64,000 nucleotides of DNA from an uncultured Gemmatimonadales bacterium. GTDB taxonomy: Bacteria; Gemmatimonadota; Gemmatimonadetes; Gemmatimonadales; GWC2-71-9. A program made the translations under genes and the position numbers. Position 1 is the stretch's first letter. Each line of letters opens with the position of its first letter. Below are positions 1 to 8,970 of this stretch, in pieces. The stretch covers positions 88,279 through 152,278 of the forward strand of contig CAVSQW010000001.1 of assembly GCA_963730185.1 (NCBI GenBank). The letters are read 5' to 3'. Below the pieces are notes generated by a model. That model did no database searches. It was given only the letters and a program-made list of their open reading frames with translations, and was not told the origin of the DNA.

Positions 1-1
1 G

Positions 2-1048
2 ACACTCTTCGAATCACTCGCGGCGGGCCGACACGAGGCCATCGCACTCTGTTCCGATCCCGACATCGGCTACCGAGGGATCATCGCCATCCACTCCACC
101 CGGCTGGGCCCCGCCGTCGGGGGCACCCGGTGGTGGACCTATGCCAGCGAGCACGACGCGATCACCGACGCGCTCCGGCTGTCGCGCGGAATGTCCTACA
201 AGAACGCGCTGGCCGGGCTGCCCCTCGGCGGCGGCAAGTCGGTGATTCTGGGCGGGCCCGAGGCGCGCGATCGGGCCGCGATTCTCCGAGCCCACGGGCG
301 GGCGGTCGATCAGTTCGCGGGGCGCTACATCACGGCCGAGGACGTGGGCACGTCGCCCGCCGACATGGAGCTCATCGCCGAGAGTACGCAGTACGTGGCC
401 GGTCGCGAAAACGGCTCGGGCGATCCGTCGCCCTTTACCGCCCGCGGGGTGTTCCGCGCGACCCAGGCGGCCGCCCACCTCCGCTGGGGCTCGGACGACC
501 TGGCGGGCCGCACCGTGGCGCTCCAAGGGTGCGGCAACGTCGGCTACCACCTGGCGCTCGAGCTGGCCCGGGCCGGGGCCCGGATCGTGGCCAGCGACAT
601 CGACCCCGCCAAAGTGGAGCGCGTGGTGAAGGAGACAGGAGCCGCGAGCGAGGCCCCCGATCTGATCCACCAGGTCGAGGCCGACATCTTCGCCCCTTGC
701 GCGCTCGGCGCGGTGATCAACGACACCACCCTGCCGGCACTCCGGGTCGAGATCGTGTCGGGTGGTGCCAACAATCAGCTGCTGGAGCCCCGCCACGGCG
801 ACGCCCTCGCCGCCCGCGGGATCCTCTATGTTCCGGACTACGTTGCCAACGCGGGCGGGGTCTCCTACGGCGGGGCGGTCGAGGTCCTTGGCCTCTCGGG
901 CGAGCAGGCCAAGGAGCGGGTGGAAGCGATTTACGACACCACGCTGATGGTCCTGGAACGGGCGGCGCGGGACGGGGTCGGGCCGCACCTTGCGGCCGAT
1001 CGGCTGGCCGAGGAGCGGATCCGCGCGGGAGGGGCCCCCCGGGCCTGA
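2..1048 (+). CDS. Leu/Phe/Val dehydrogenase (5' truncated by window edge)
   Basis: Frame open from base 2 (TLFESL...GIIAIHSTRLGPAVGGTR...ALRLSRGMSYKNA); GGGK, YITAEDVG, QGCGNVG, APCALG and GANNQL motifs. Confidence 0.93.
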   Translation, partial: TLFESLAAGRHEAIALCSDPDIGYRGIIAIHSTRLGPAVGGTRWWTYASEHDAITDALRLSRGMSYKNALAGLPLGGGKSVILGGPEARDRAAILRAHGRAVDQFAGRYITAEDVGTSPADMELIAESTQYVAGRENGSGDPSPFTARGVFRATQAAAHLRWGSDDLAGRTVALQGCGNVGYHLALELARAGARIVASDIDPAKVERVVKETGAASEAPDLIHQVEADIFAPCALGAVINDTTLPALRVEIVSGGANNQLLEPRHGDALAARGILYVPDYVANAGGVSYGGAVEVLGLSGEQAKERVEAIYDTTLMVLERAARDGVGPHLAADRLAEERIRAGGAPRA

Positions 1049-1091
1049 ACCGTCGCGGGGCCGGCATCGGCCGGCCCCGCGGTACCTCGGA

Positions 1092-2681
1092 TCACTGCGG
1101 CTCGTTCGACTGCTTGGGCGGTGGCGCCAGCGCCAGGAGCTGCCGCTGGGTCCGGCCCCGTTGGATGTAGTCCAAGGCCGCCTGCACTTGCTTGTCCCAC
1201 TTGATCGAGCGCCGGAACGCCGCCGAATCGCCGAAGGCCAGGCTGGCGACCCGCTGCTCCAGACTCCGATCGATCAGTTCCCCGCCGGCGTCGAACTGTT
1301 GCCGGGTCACGGTGACCTTGGCCTTTTGTAACCGGCTCCAGAGGTCGTCCCGCCAGGCCGGCTTGACCGCGAAGTCGGGGCTCACCTTGTTCTTGAGCTC
1401 GAGCGCGGTGTTGTAGACCGCCACGTACCAGAGTGAGTACTGCGGCTGGTAGGCGCGGGCCAGATCGCGCTCGGCCGTCGAAAGGGTATCGGGGTCCACG
1501 GTAACGTCCGGCACCACCCCGCCGCCACCGAGGACCGTCCGGCCCGCGTCGGACCGGAAGACCGGCCGCTTGTGCTCGGCCGAGTCGGCCGGGGAGGCGT
1601 CGTATTCGACGAACCGCTCGTCGCCCAGCCGCTCGTGATCGGCTTGGATCGACCGGCCGCTCGGGGTGTACCACTTGCCCGTGGTGAGCTTCATCGCCCA
1701 CCCGCCCTCGAGCGGGAAGAGCGTCTGCACCAGCCCCTTGCCGAACGAGTTGGTGCCGATGATCAGGGCGCGGTCGTGGTCCTGGAGGCTCCCGGCCACG
1801 ATTTCGGAGGCCGAGGCGGTGTAACCGTCGACCAGCACCACCACCGGCATCGAGTCGATCACCGACGTCCGATTGGCGCGATACACCTCCGGCGCTTTGC
1901 CCCGATGCCGCACGCTGGCGATCTCGGCGCCCGGCTGGAAGAAGAGGTTCCCAATCTCGAGTGCCTGATCCAGGCTGCCACCGCCGTTGCCCCGGAGATC
2001 GAGGATGAAGGCCTTGGCGCCGTCCTGCTTGAGCGAAGCCAGCGAGCGCTCCACGTCGGCCGCCGCGGACTCGTTGAAGCTCTGGAGTGGGATGTAGCCC
2101 ACGTCGTCGTGGATGACGATGGAATAGGGCACGGCCGGAACCCGGATCACGGCCCGGGTGAAGGTCGCCTTGACCGGCTGGGGAATGCCGGCCCGCTGGA
2201 AGGTTACGTGCACCTCGGTCCCCGCCTCACCCAGCAGCCGGCCCGACACGGCCTCGAGCTTCCAGCCGGTCACGGCGGCGCTGTCCACCGTCAGGATTCG
2301 GTCGCCGGCGATCACCCCGCCCCGCTCGCTCGGCGTGTTGGGGAAGACCCGATTCACGATGATCGCGCCCTCTTGGCTCTCGATCACCATCCCGATGCCG
2401 CCGTAGTTGTTGCGTAGGGTCTGCCGCTGGAACGAGGCCAACTCCTCAGGGGAGTAGAGGTCGGCGTAGGGATCGTTGAGGTTCTTGATCAGACCGCGAG
2501 CGGCCCGCTCGTAGATGGTGCTCCGGTCGAGCGAGTCCACCGCGTTGGTTTCGATCCGGCTCAGGACTTGAGCGAAGAGCCTGGCGCCGTCGACCGGCTG
2601 CTGGCTTTGGAGGAGGAACGCTCCGGCGACGAGAGGGAGCCCGAAGAGGGCAGTCGCGGCGAGCAAGTGACGACGTCGCAT
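1092..2681 (-). CDS. S41A C-terminal processing peptidase with PDZ domain (CtpA/Prc-like)
   Basis: DPY, GIG PDZ loop, DLRGNGGG, TASASEIV (Ser) and GKGLVQ (Lys); ATG at 2681 preceded by GGAG; N-terminal signal/anchor. Confidence 0.93.
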   Translation of the reverse strand: MRRRHLLAATALFGLPLVAGAFLLQSQQPVDGARLFAQVLSRIETNAVDSLDRSTIYERAARGLIKNLNDPYADLYSPEELASFQRQTLRNNYGGIGMVIESQEGAIIVNRVFPNTPSERGGVIAGDRILTVDSAAVTGWKLEAVSGRLLGEAGTEVHVTFQRAGIPQPVKATFTRAVIRVPAVPYSIVIHDDVGYIPLQSFNESAAADVERSLASLKQDGAKAFILDLRGNGGGSLDQALEIGNLFFQPGAEIASVRHRGKAPEVYRANRTSVIDSMPVVVLVDGYTASASEIVAGSLQDHDRALIIGTNSFGKGLVQTLFPLEGGWAMKLTTGKWYTPSGRSIQADHERLGDERFVEYDASPADSAEHKRPVFRSDAGRTVLGGGGVVPDVTVDPDTLSTAERDLARAYQPQYSLWYVAVYNTALELKNKVSPDFAVKPAWRDDLWSRLQKAKVTVTRQQFDAGGELIDRSLEQRVASLAFGDSAAFRRSIKWDKQVQAALDYIQRGRTQRQLLALAPPPKQSNEPQ

Positions 2682-2705
2682 TACTTTACACTCCATGTTG
2701 GCGCC

Positions 2706-2733
2706 GAAGGGGGTACCCCACGGCACCCCCTTC
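2706..2733 (-). other. GC-rich 12-bp stem-loop in the 5' region of the S41 peptidase gene
   Basis: GAAGGGGGTGCC-GTGG-GGTACCCCCTTC on the minus strand, no U-tract, about 10 nt upstream of the RBS. Confidence 0.5.
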
Positions 2734-2823
2734 CCGACCACCCCGCTCCGAGAGTCATCCCGAGACGGACGCGGCCCTTTCCTAAAGAAACCGCCCGCCG
2801 CCGGAAGCGCCAGACCGACGAGT

Positions 2824-3612
2824 CTATGGCTTCGTCAGGATCTCCTCGAACAGCTCCAGGGCGCGCGGATCCTCCGATTGCCCTAGCCAGAAGAGTGCCT
2901 TCTTTCGAATCGACGGGTCGGGGTTCGACCGAGCCACCCGGATCAAGGTCGGAACGCCCTCCTCCCGGGGGAGTTGCGACAGGGCGAACACCGCCTGCTC
3001 CCGCACCTCCCGGTCCTGCTCGTCGTCGGCCACGAAATCGCCCAGCTCGCGGACCACGGCCTCGCCGGCCTCCTGACTGAGCCAGAACACGGCACTCTTC
3101 CGGCTCTGGCGGTTCGCGTGCGAATCGCGGGCCAGGTCCAGCAGCTGACGCCAGACGGTCACGCTATCGGCGATCAAGGCCGGGAAGATCAGGTCGTCGG
3201 CCCCCCGGCCGGTACCCCGCCGGGCGAGGTCGAGCAGCGCGTCGGCGGCCTCCCGGGTCGCGACCCGCCCCAGCTCGCGCACGTCCGACGGCGTGTCCGG
3301 CCATTCCCCTCCTACGTAGACCCGCGATCGGGTGATTCGACCGTCTCGAACGGTGAGCGCGATCCGGACCGGCCCGTCGACACAGACTCGGTTTCGCCAC
3401 CCGCGCCGGCCGCTCCAGCTTACCCCGTCGTCGACATAGACGGATTCGCGATCCCGGAACCGGATCATGCCCCGTCCGTCACCGCAAACGTCTTCCCGAG
3501 CGGTGTATTCGATCCGCGCTACCCCGTCCTGCTCGAGGATCCGGCGGGCCAGGGGCGTTGCCTGTGCCGGCGGTATCCCGCCGGTCATCAGCGCCACCAT
3601 CAGCAGCATCAT
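2824..3612 (-). CDS. Secreted HEAT-repeat protein (short)
   Basis: RBS GAGGAG then MMLLMVALM signal; repeats RKSAVFWLSQ, REQAVFALSQ and RKKALFWLGQ. Confidence 0.85.
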   Translation of the reverse strand: MMLLMVALMTGGIPPAQATPLARRILEQDGVARIEYTAREDVCGDGRGMIRFRDRESVYVDDGVSWSGRRGWRNRVCVDGPVRIALTVRDGRITRSRVYVGGEWPDTPSDVRELGRVATREAADALLDLARRGTGRGADDLIFPALIADSVTVWRQLLDLARDSHANRQSRKSAVFWLSQEAGEAVVRELGDFVADDEQDREVREQAVFALSQLPREEGVPTLIRVARSNPDPSIRKKALFWLGQSEDPRALELFEEILTKP

Positions 3613-3679
3613 CGTCCCCTCCTCGCCTCGTTGGCCCGGTCCGTCTCGCCGCCTGCCCGCCCGAGCGTTGCTCGTCTGG

Positions 3680-5296
3680 TCAGGGCTTGGTGATGATTTC
3701 CTCGAGCAGCTTCGCGACCCGAGGGTCGTCCGACTGCGAGAGCCAGAAGAGGGCTTTCTTCCGGAGCTCTGGGTCACGATCGGTCCGGGCGATCTCCATC
3801 AGCTTGTCGATCGCCTGCTTCTCGTGTCGCTGCGAGTAGACGAAGATCAGCTGCTCGCGGAGGTCGCGATCGGTGAACTTGTCGTAGAGCGAGAACAGCT
3901 CGGGCATGCTGGCGCCGCTCTGGCCCAGCCAGAAGAGGGCCTTCTTCCGGAGCTCGAGGCTTTCCTGCTGGTTGCCGGCGAGCTCGAGAAGCCACTGCTG
4001 GCCGCCGTCCTGATCCCCCTGGGCCAGGGCGAAGATGATCTTCTCCTTGAGCGACGGCTCCTTGGTCGAGCGATAGATAGTCTTGAGGAAGTCGAGGTTC
4101 TCGTTCCGGCCCGACTGACCCAGCCAGAAGATCGCCTTCTCACGGAGCGAGCTCGGGGCGTCGTTCCGCATGGCGTAGTCGCGGAGCGCCTCGGCGGCCC
4201 GGCCCGACGACTGTTGCGAGAGGGCGAAGATCGCCTTCTCCTGAACGCTCCGATCCGACGAGCTCTTGAGAATCGAGTCCAGGGCCGTAGTGGCGTGCTC
4301 CGTATTGACCTGGGAGAGCCAGAACACGCCGTTCTCGCGGACCTCCTGATCCGGGTCCGACCGGACCGCCTCCAGCAGCATGGCCTCGGCCCCCGCTCCG
4401 CTGTGCTGGGCGATCAGGAACACCGCCTTCCGTCGGAGGCAAACCGACCCCTCGTCACGCCGGGCCATGACCTTGCCCAGGATCGGCAGGGCGCGGTCCG
4501 CATCCATTTGGAGCAGGGCGTTCAGGGCCGCCATCCGCTCGTCGTCCTCGTCGTTGCAGCTGCTCCGGCTCCGGCGCGCCTGGCGCAGGGCGTCCCGGGA
4601 TCCGGCGTCCCGGGTCCGCGACTCGTCGCGGGCCGTTCGCTCCAGCTGCTCGGCCTTCGTCCGGATGGTCTCGGCCGCTTGGGAGTTCCCGCGCTGGGCC
4701 AGCTGGCTCTGGATCCGGACCGTGAGGGCGTCCGCGTCGCCTCGAGTGGCCGCGTTGGGGAACTGCTGCTGCTGGTGGCGGAGCACGTCGAGGGCCGTGT
4801 TGAGGTTCGTCGTCGAGCCGTCGCGGTACCGGGCGTAGGCTTCCCAGTAGAAGGCGTCGGCCGCGTACGACGAGCGCGGATGCCGATCGTGAATCTCGCG
4901 GAACAGGTAGGCCGCCTGACCATTGTTCCCGCGATTCAGGGCGTCCCGCGCCGCCCGGTACAGGGAATCTGCCGGGTCCTGCGGAGCCCAGCCGGCCCGG
5001 GGCTCGATCGCGAGCGTCGAATGGACGCCATAGCGGAGCGCGTCGAGCGTCGCCAGACGCTCGGTGGCCCGCAGGGCGCTCAGCTCGGCCAACTGCTCGC
5101 TCAGCCGGCCCAGCGCTCCCACCTGGGCCGACATCGCGGCGACGGCGGGGCCGATCCCGATGGCGCGGTCGCGAAGGGCCGCGGCCCGTGCCTCGAGCTC
5201 GGCCAGGCTTTGAGTCGGCGACTGGGCTCGGGCCGGAACGGCCGGACCGAGCAAGGCCAGGCTCACCAGAGCGGTAGTAAGGCGGATGGTGGTCAT
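3680..5296 (-). CDS. Secreted TPR (BamD/YbgF-like) plus HEAT-repeat protein
   Basis: Signal peptide ending ARA-Q; LYRAARDALNRG...HPRSSYAADAFYW TPR-like segment; eight R-x-K-A-x-F-x-L-x-Q repeats; RBS GAGGAG. Confidence 0.88.
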   Translation of the reverse strand: MTTIRLTTALVSLALLGPAVPARAQSPTQSLAELEARAAALRDRAIGIGPAVAAMSAQVGALGRLSEQLAELSALRATERLATLDALRYGVHSTLAIEPRAGWAPQDPADSLYRAARDALNRGNNGQAAYLFREIHDRHPRSSYAADAFYWEAYARYRDGSTTNLNTALDVLRHQQQQFPNAATRGDADALTVRIQSQLAQRGNSQAAETIRTKAEQLERTARDESRTRDAGSRDALRQARRSRSSCNDEDDERMAALNALLQMDADRALPILGKVMARRDEGSVCLRRKAVFLIAQHSGAGAEAMLLEAVRSDPDQEVRENGVFWLSQVNTEHATTALDSILKSSSDRSVQEKAIFALSQQSSGRAAEALRDYAMRNDAPSSLREKAIFWLGQSGRNENLDFLKTIYRSTKEPSLKEKIIFALAQGDQDGGQQWLLELAGNQQESLELRKKALFWLGQSGASMPELFSLYDKFTDRDLREQLIFVYSQRHEKQAIDKLMEIARTDRDPELRKKALFWLSQSDDPRVAKLLEEIITKP

Positions 5297-5334
5297 GGAG
5301 TCGATCTCCTCAGATCTGCTGTGTAATTCGTAGG

Positions 5335-5985
5335 TCAGGCCGACGGGCCAGCCGGGATCGCTGCCCGGAGGCGCGCCGGGATCTGGTGCTCGGTCATGCC
5401 CTGGTCGATGATCTCCCGCTCGTCGCCCGGGGCCTTGGGCTCCATCTGGACGATCTGCACCAGGACCAGCTCGAGATCCTCGAGCAGGGTCCTGACTTTC
5501 GGGTCGGTCAGGCGCTTTCCGTCGAGCCAGAGCCGCGTCTGCGCCAGGAGATCCTTGGCGGCCGCGTGAAAGTCGTTCCCCGTTTCGCCTGCCCGGTACT
5601 CAGTCAGCAGGGTCTCGACCCGGCTGAGGTGCTGCACTGCGGCCAGCTGGGCGGCTTCCGAGGGGCCGGACCGCGCCGGCCCCCGCTGGGCGGTGGTCGA
5701 CGGGGCAGGGACTGCCGGTCCGGCGCCGGACCGGAGGCTCAGCCTGCCGATGGCCACGCCGAGCACCAGCACGGCTGCCAGGGCGACCCAGGCCCGGGAC
5801 CGGCTCCAGACCGTCCGCCGGGACGCCGCCAGGTCGATCACGGCCGGTCGACTGCCCTGACGGGCCGTCCGGGCTGCCTGGACCCGGGCCCAGATCTCCT
5901 CCCGAGGCACTGGGGGTGGGCGGTGATAGTCCTGCGCCGCCTCCCGCAGCAGCTCGTCCATCCGGTCCTCCCGATCGTCAGTCAT
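5335..5985 (-). CDS. Putative membrane anti-sigma factor
   Basis: Overlaps the ECF stop (ATGACTGA); short N-terminal domain, single TM (WVALAAVLVLGVAIG), helical C-terminal domain. Confidence 0.75.
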   Translation of the reverse strand: MTDDREDRMDELLREAAQDYHRPPPVPREEIWARVQAARTARQGSRPAVIDLAASRRTVWSRSRAWVALAAVLVLGVAIGRLSLRSGAGPAVPAPSTTAQRGPARSGPSEAAQLAAVQHLSRVETLLTEYRAGETGNDFHAAAKDLLAQTRLWLDGKRLTDPKVRTLLEDLELVLVQIVQMEPKAPGDEREIIDQGMTEHQIPARLRAAIPAGPSA

Positions 5986-6554
5986 CGTCACTCTCCGCGA
6001 AAGCCGCCAGCGCCGTCCGGAGCTTGGCTCGGGCCCGCGACAGCTGGGCCTTGGACGTGCCTTCCTGAATCCCGAGGGCCGTCGCGATCTCGCCGTGGGT
6101 GTAGCCTTCCACGTCATGCATCACGAACACGGTCCGATACCCATCCGGCAGCGCATCGATGGCCCGGGCCAGACTGGCTCTTGAGATCCGGGTCGGCGAC
6201 GGGCCGGGCCGGGCGCTCGAGCCGCTCGTCCAACGCCACCTCCCGATCGGAGGACCGACGCGCCTTTCGGAGCCCGTTGAAGACCACCGAATAGGCCACG
6301 CTCGTGATCCAGGTCGACAATGCCGCCTCCCCTCGAAACGTCTCCAGCCGGTCGAACACCCGGATGAAGGTCTCTTGCGTACAGTCCGCCGCGAGGTCCG
6401 AGTCGCCGGTCAGGCGGAACGCCAACCGGCGTACCCGCTCCACGTGCTGGCCGTACAGCTCGCGTTCGGCCAGTTCGTCGCCCGCCAGGACGCGGCCAAC
6501 GAGTTCCGTCGTGGTCAACCAGGCTCCCGGGTTGAATGCGCCGCCTGCTGCCAC
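5978..6554 (-). CDS. ECF sigma-70 factor with one frameshift near 6179 (probable sequencing error)
   Basis: Region 2 LAADCTQETFIRVF...FRGEAALSTWI; after a 1-nt shift, region 4 ALPDGYRTVFVMHDVEGYTHGEIATALGIQEGTSKAQLSRAR; alternative start TTG at 6518. Confidence 0.88.
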
Positions 6555-6561
6555 CCGCTCT

Positions 6562-6587
6562 GACAGGGGGCCGATGGAAAAGGTTGC
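6562..6587 (-). promoter_or_regulatory. Putative autoregulatory ECF promoter
   Basis: GCAAC-N17-TGTC, with a GTG start 7 nt downstream. Confidence 0.55.
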
Positions 6588-6669
6588 TCGGTAGTGCGCT
6601 AGGAAGCTACGATCGAGGCGTCGATTAGGGGCCTGGTCGGACGAAGGTTCTATAGGCTCTAGTCTGTTC

Positions 6670-6691
6670 AATAATGAATGATTCAGTTATT
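6670..6691. promoter_or_regulatory. Putative TetR operator overlapping a -10 box
   Basis: AT-rich near-palindrome AATAA-TGAAT-G-ATTCA-G-TTATT just upstream of the TetR gene; TATTAT 6 nt before GTG. Confidence 0.65.
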
Positions 6692-6699
6692 ATCAAGAT

Positions 6700-7437
6700 G
6701 TGAGACGCCGAGACCCAGCCCGCTTTGACATCCTCGTCGCCGCCGCAACTTCGGCCTTCGTCGAACGCGGATTCCAACGGGCTAAGATCCACCAGATCGC
6801 TGACTTAGCCTCGATGGGCCCAGGGACGGTATACCTCTACGCCAAAGACAAAGCCGCGCTCTTTGAGCTCGCCGTCCTCAGGGCCATGGAAAGTCCGGCG
6901 GTCGCCTATCCTGAGCTGCCCTATCGAGCCCACTCCCCCGCCGCCGCCAGGAAGGCCGCTTACCGCCACGCCCTCGAGGCCACCGTCCACTTTCCCCAGC
7001 TCTGGGTGTCGCTCGGTCGCAGAGAGGTGTACGGAGTTGATGAGGAGTATCGTGGCATACTACTAGAAATATCAACCTGGATCATTCGCTACGGCAACGC
7101 GATCAGACTGGCCGAGTCCAACCGGGTCGACTGGCCAGAAATCGCCCAGCTTTTTGACAACATTGTGTGGCTTGACGTTCACCGCCACCTCACTACCTAC
7201 CTCACGACGCGAACGCACACGGGTCACCTCAGGTCGGTCGGCGAGCCTGCGGCGGTGGCTGGATTCGTCCTCGAAGCGCTGGTGGGGGGCTTGGCGGTCA
7301 GGACTGCGGCGCAGGGATCGGGCGGGCTCGCCGACCTCGGGGGCGGCGGCTCGGCGGCACTTGCCGCCGAGCTCCTGGCGCTCCCCCTGGGCGCCTCAGG
7401 GGATGGGCCGCCAGGCCTGCCCGATACCGGCCATTAG
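6700..7437 (+). CDS. TetR/AcrR family transcriptional regulator
   Basis: ILVAAATSAFVERGFQRAKIHQIADLASMGPGTVYLYAKDKAALF helix-turn-helix. Confidence 0.85.
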   Translation: MRRRDPARFDILVAAATSAFVERGFQRAKIHQIADLASMGPGTVYLYAKDKAALFELAVLRAMESPAVAYPELPYRAHSPAAARKAAYRHALEATVHFPQLWVSLGRREVYGVDEEYRGILLEISTWIIRYGNAIRLAESNRVDWPEIAQLFDNIVWLDVHRHLTTYLTTRTHTGHLRSVGEPAAVAGFVLEALVGGLAVRTAAQGSGGLADLGGGGSAALAAELLALPLGASGDGPPGLPDTGH

Positions 7438-8955
7438 TCCCCCCAACAGTTCGATCCCGTCCCAGAGGTTCCGGAGCCGCAGGTTCTCGTCCTCGCCGTG
7501 CTGGTTGTTGTCGTGGTTGACGATCGGCACGATGGCGAAAGGGGTGCCGAGCACCTGGACGAATTGATACAGCGGCAGGCTGCCGCCCAGGGTTGGGATC
7601 CGGATCAGGGGGTGGCCGACCGCGGCGTCGGCGGCTCGGAGAAGCGCCTGGGTGGCCGGCGCGTCGAGTGACGTCCGCGCAGCCGGATATCCGCCGCTCC
7701 AATTCAATCGGACGATGCGCGGGTGGGTTCGGCGGGTGGCCGAGTCGGGGTCGGCGTACACGATGTGGAAGCCCTGGGCCCGGATGTGGGCCTCGATCAG
7801 CTGGCGGACCCGCTCCGGGGTCTGGTGCGGTACCAGGCGGAGGTCGAGGAAGGCGTGGGCCTCTGGCACGATGACGTTGGCCGAACCTCTCCCGGTTCGT
7901 CCGCCTTCGAGCCCGCTCACGTTGAGGGCCGGCAGGGCGATCTGTTCCAGGAGGCTCGCCGGGCTTCCCTCGGTCCGCCCCAGCTGAAGTTCGCCCTTCA
8001 GCTGCTCCTCGACCGGCGGCGACGCGCGGAAGGCCGCTCGATCGCGATCGGTGAGCGAGTCAACGTCGCCGTAATAGCCGGCGATCGTGATCCGTCCGTC
8101 CCCGTCGCGCATCGAGGCCAGGAGGTGGATCAGGGCCACGTCGGGATTGGGCGCCCAATTCCCGTAGTGGCCGCTGTGGAGGGGGCGGAGCGGTCCGTAG
8201 GTGGTGAGGTTGACGCCCATGTCGCCGCGGACCCCGAAGACCACCTGGAGGGCCCGCGACTGGTGCACCGGCCCATCGCAAAAGATCCAGAGGTCGGCAC
8301 CGAGCACGTCCCGATGACGGGTGAGCATCTCGCGGAGGTGGGTGGAGCCCGCCTCCTCTTCGCCTTCGAAGAAGAACTTGAGGTTCACTGACGGCCCGGT
8401 CCCCGCCTGACGGAGGGCGTCGAGCGCCCAGAGCATCGCGATGATGGGCGATTTGTCGTCGCTGGCGGAGCGGGCGTAGAGGCGGCTTTCGGGGTCGTAG
8501 TGCCCGGTGGGGCTCACCAGGGGGATCTCCGGCGCCCCGTCGGCCAGCGAGCCGGAGCGGAGGACCGGCTTCCAAGGCGGCGTGGCCCACTTGCCCGAGT
8601 CGACCGGCTGGCCGTCGTAATGCGAGTAGAAGACGACGGTCTTCGTCGCGCCGGGTGTCTTGAGCTCACCGAAGACGGCCGGCGGCGACCCGGGACTCTC
8701 GAGGAGCCGGGTGGTGATGCCCCGCTGGCGGAGCATGGCCATCAGGCGGTCGGCGTTCTTCCGGATCGCGGCGTCGTCCGAGGCGACGTTGGGGAGCGCC
8801 AGCCACTCGGCTAGTTCCCGGACGATCGCGGTCTCGTGCGACTCTCGGAAGGTGCGGATCGCCTCCCGGAGCTGGTCGGGGCTCTGGGCGGCCAGGGTCG
8901 CCGGCACGGTGGCCAGCGCGACGGCCACGCGGGAAGCGAGAAACGGGTGCCTCAT
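7396..8955 (-). CDS. Secreted M20/M25/M40 family metallopeptidase
   Basis: HYDGQP, SASDDK, EGEEEAGS, HSGHYG and HGEDENL motifs; signal peptide. Confidence 0.92.
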   Translation of the reverse strand: MRHPFLASRVAVALATVPATLAAQSPDQLREAIRTFRESHETAIVRELAEWLALPNVASDDAAIRKNADRLMAMLRQRGITTRLLESPGSPPAVFGELKTPGATKTVVFYSHYDGQPVDSGKWATPPWKPVLRSGSLADGAPEIPLVSPTGHYDPESRLYARSASDDKSPIIAMLWALDALRQAGTGPSVNLKFFFEGEEEAGSTHLREMLTRHRDVLGADLWIFCDGPVHQSRALQVVFGVRGDMGVNLTTYGPLRPLHSGHYGNWAPNPDVALIHLLASMRDGDGRITIAGYYGDVDSLTDRDRAAFRASPPVEEQLKGELQLGRTEGSPASLLEQIALPALNVSGLEGGRTGRGSANVIVPEAHAFLDLRLVPHQTPERVRQLIEAHIRAQGFHIVYADPDSATRRTHPRIVRLNWSGGYPAARTSLDAPATQALLRAADAAVGHPLIRIPTLGGSLPLYQFVQVLGTPFAIVPIVNHDNNQHGEDENLRLRNLWDGIELLGGLMAGIGQAWRPIP

Positions 8956-8970
8956 CGGGGAACTCTCGGG

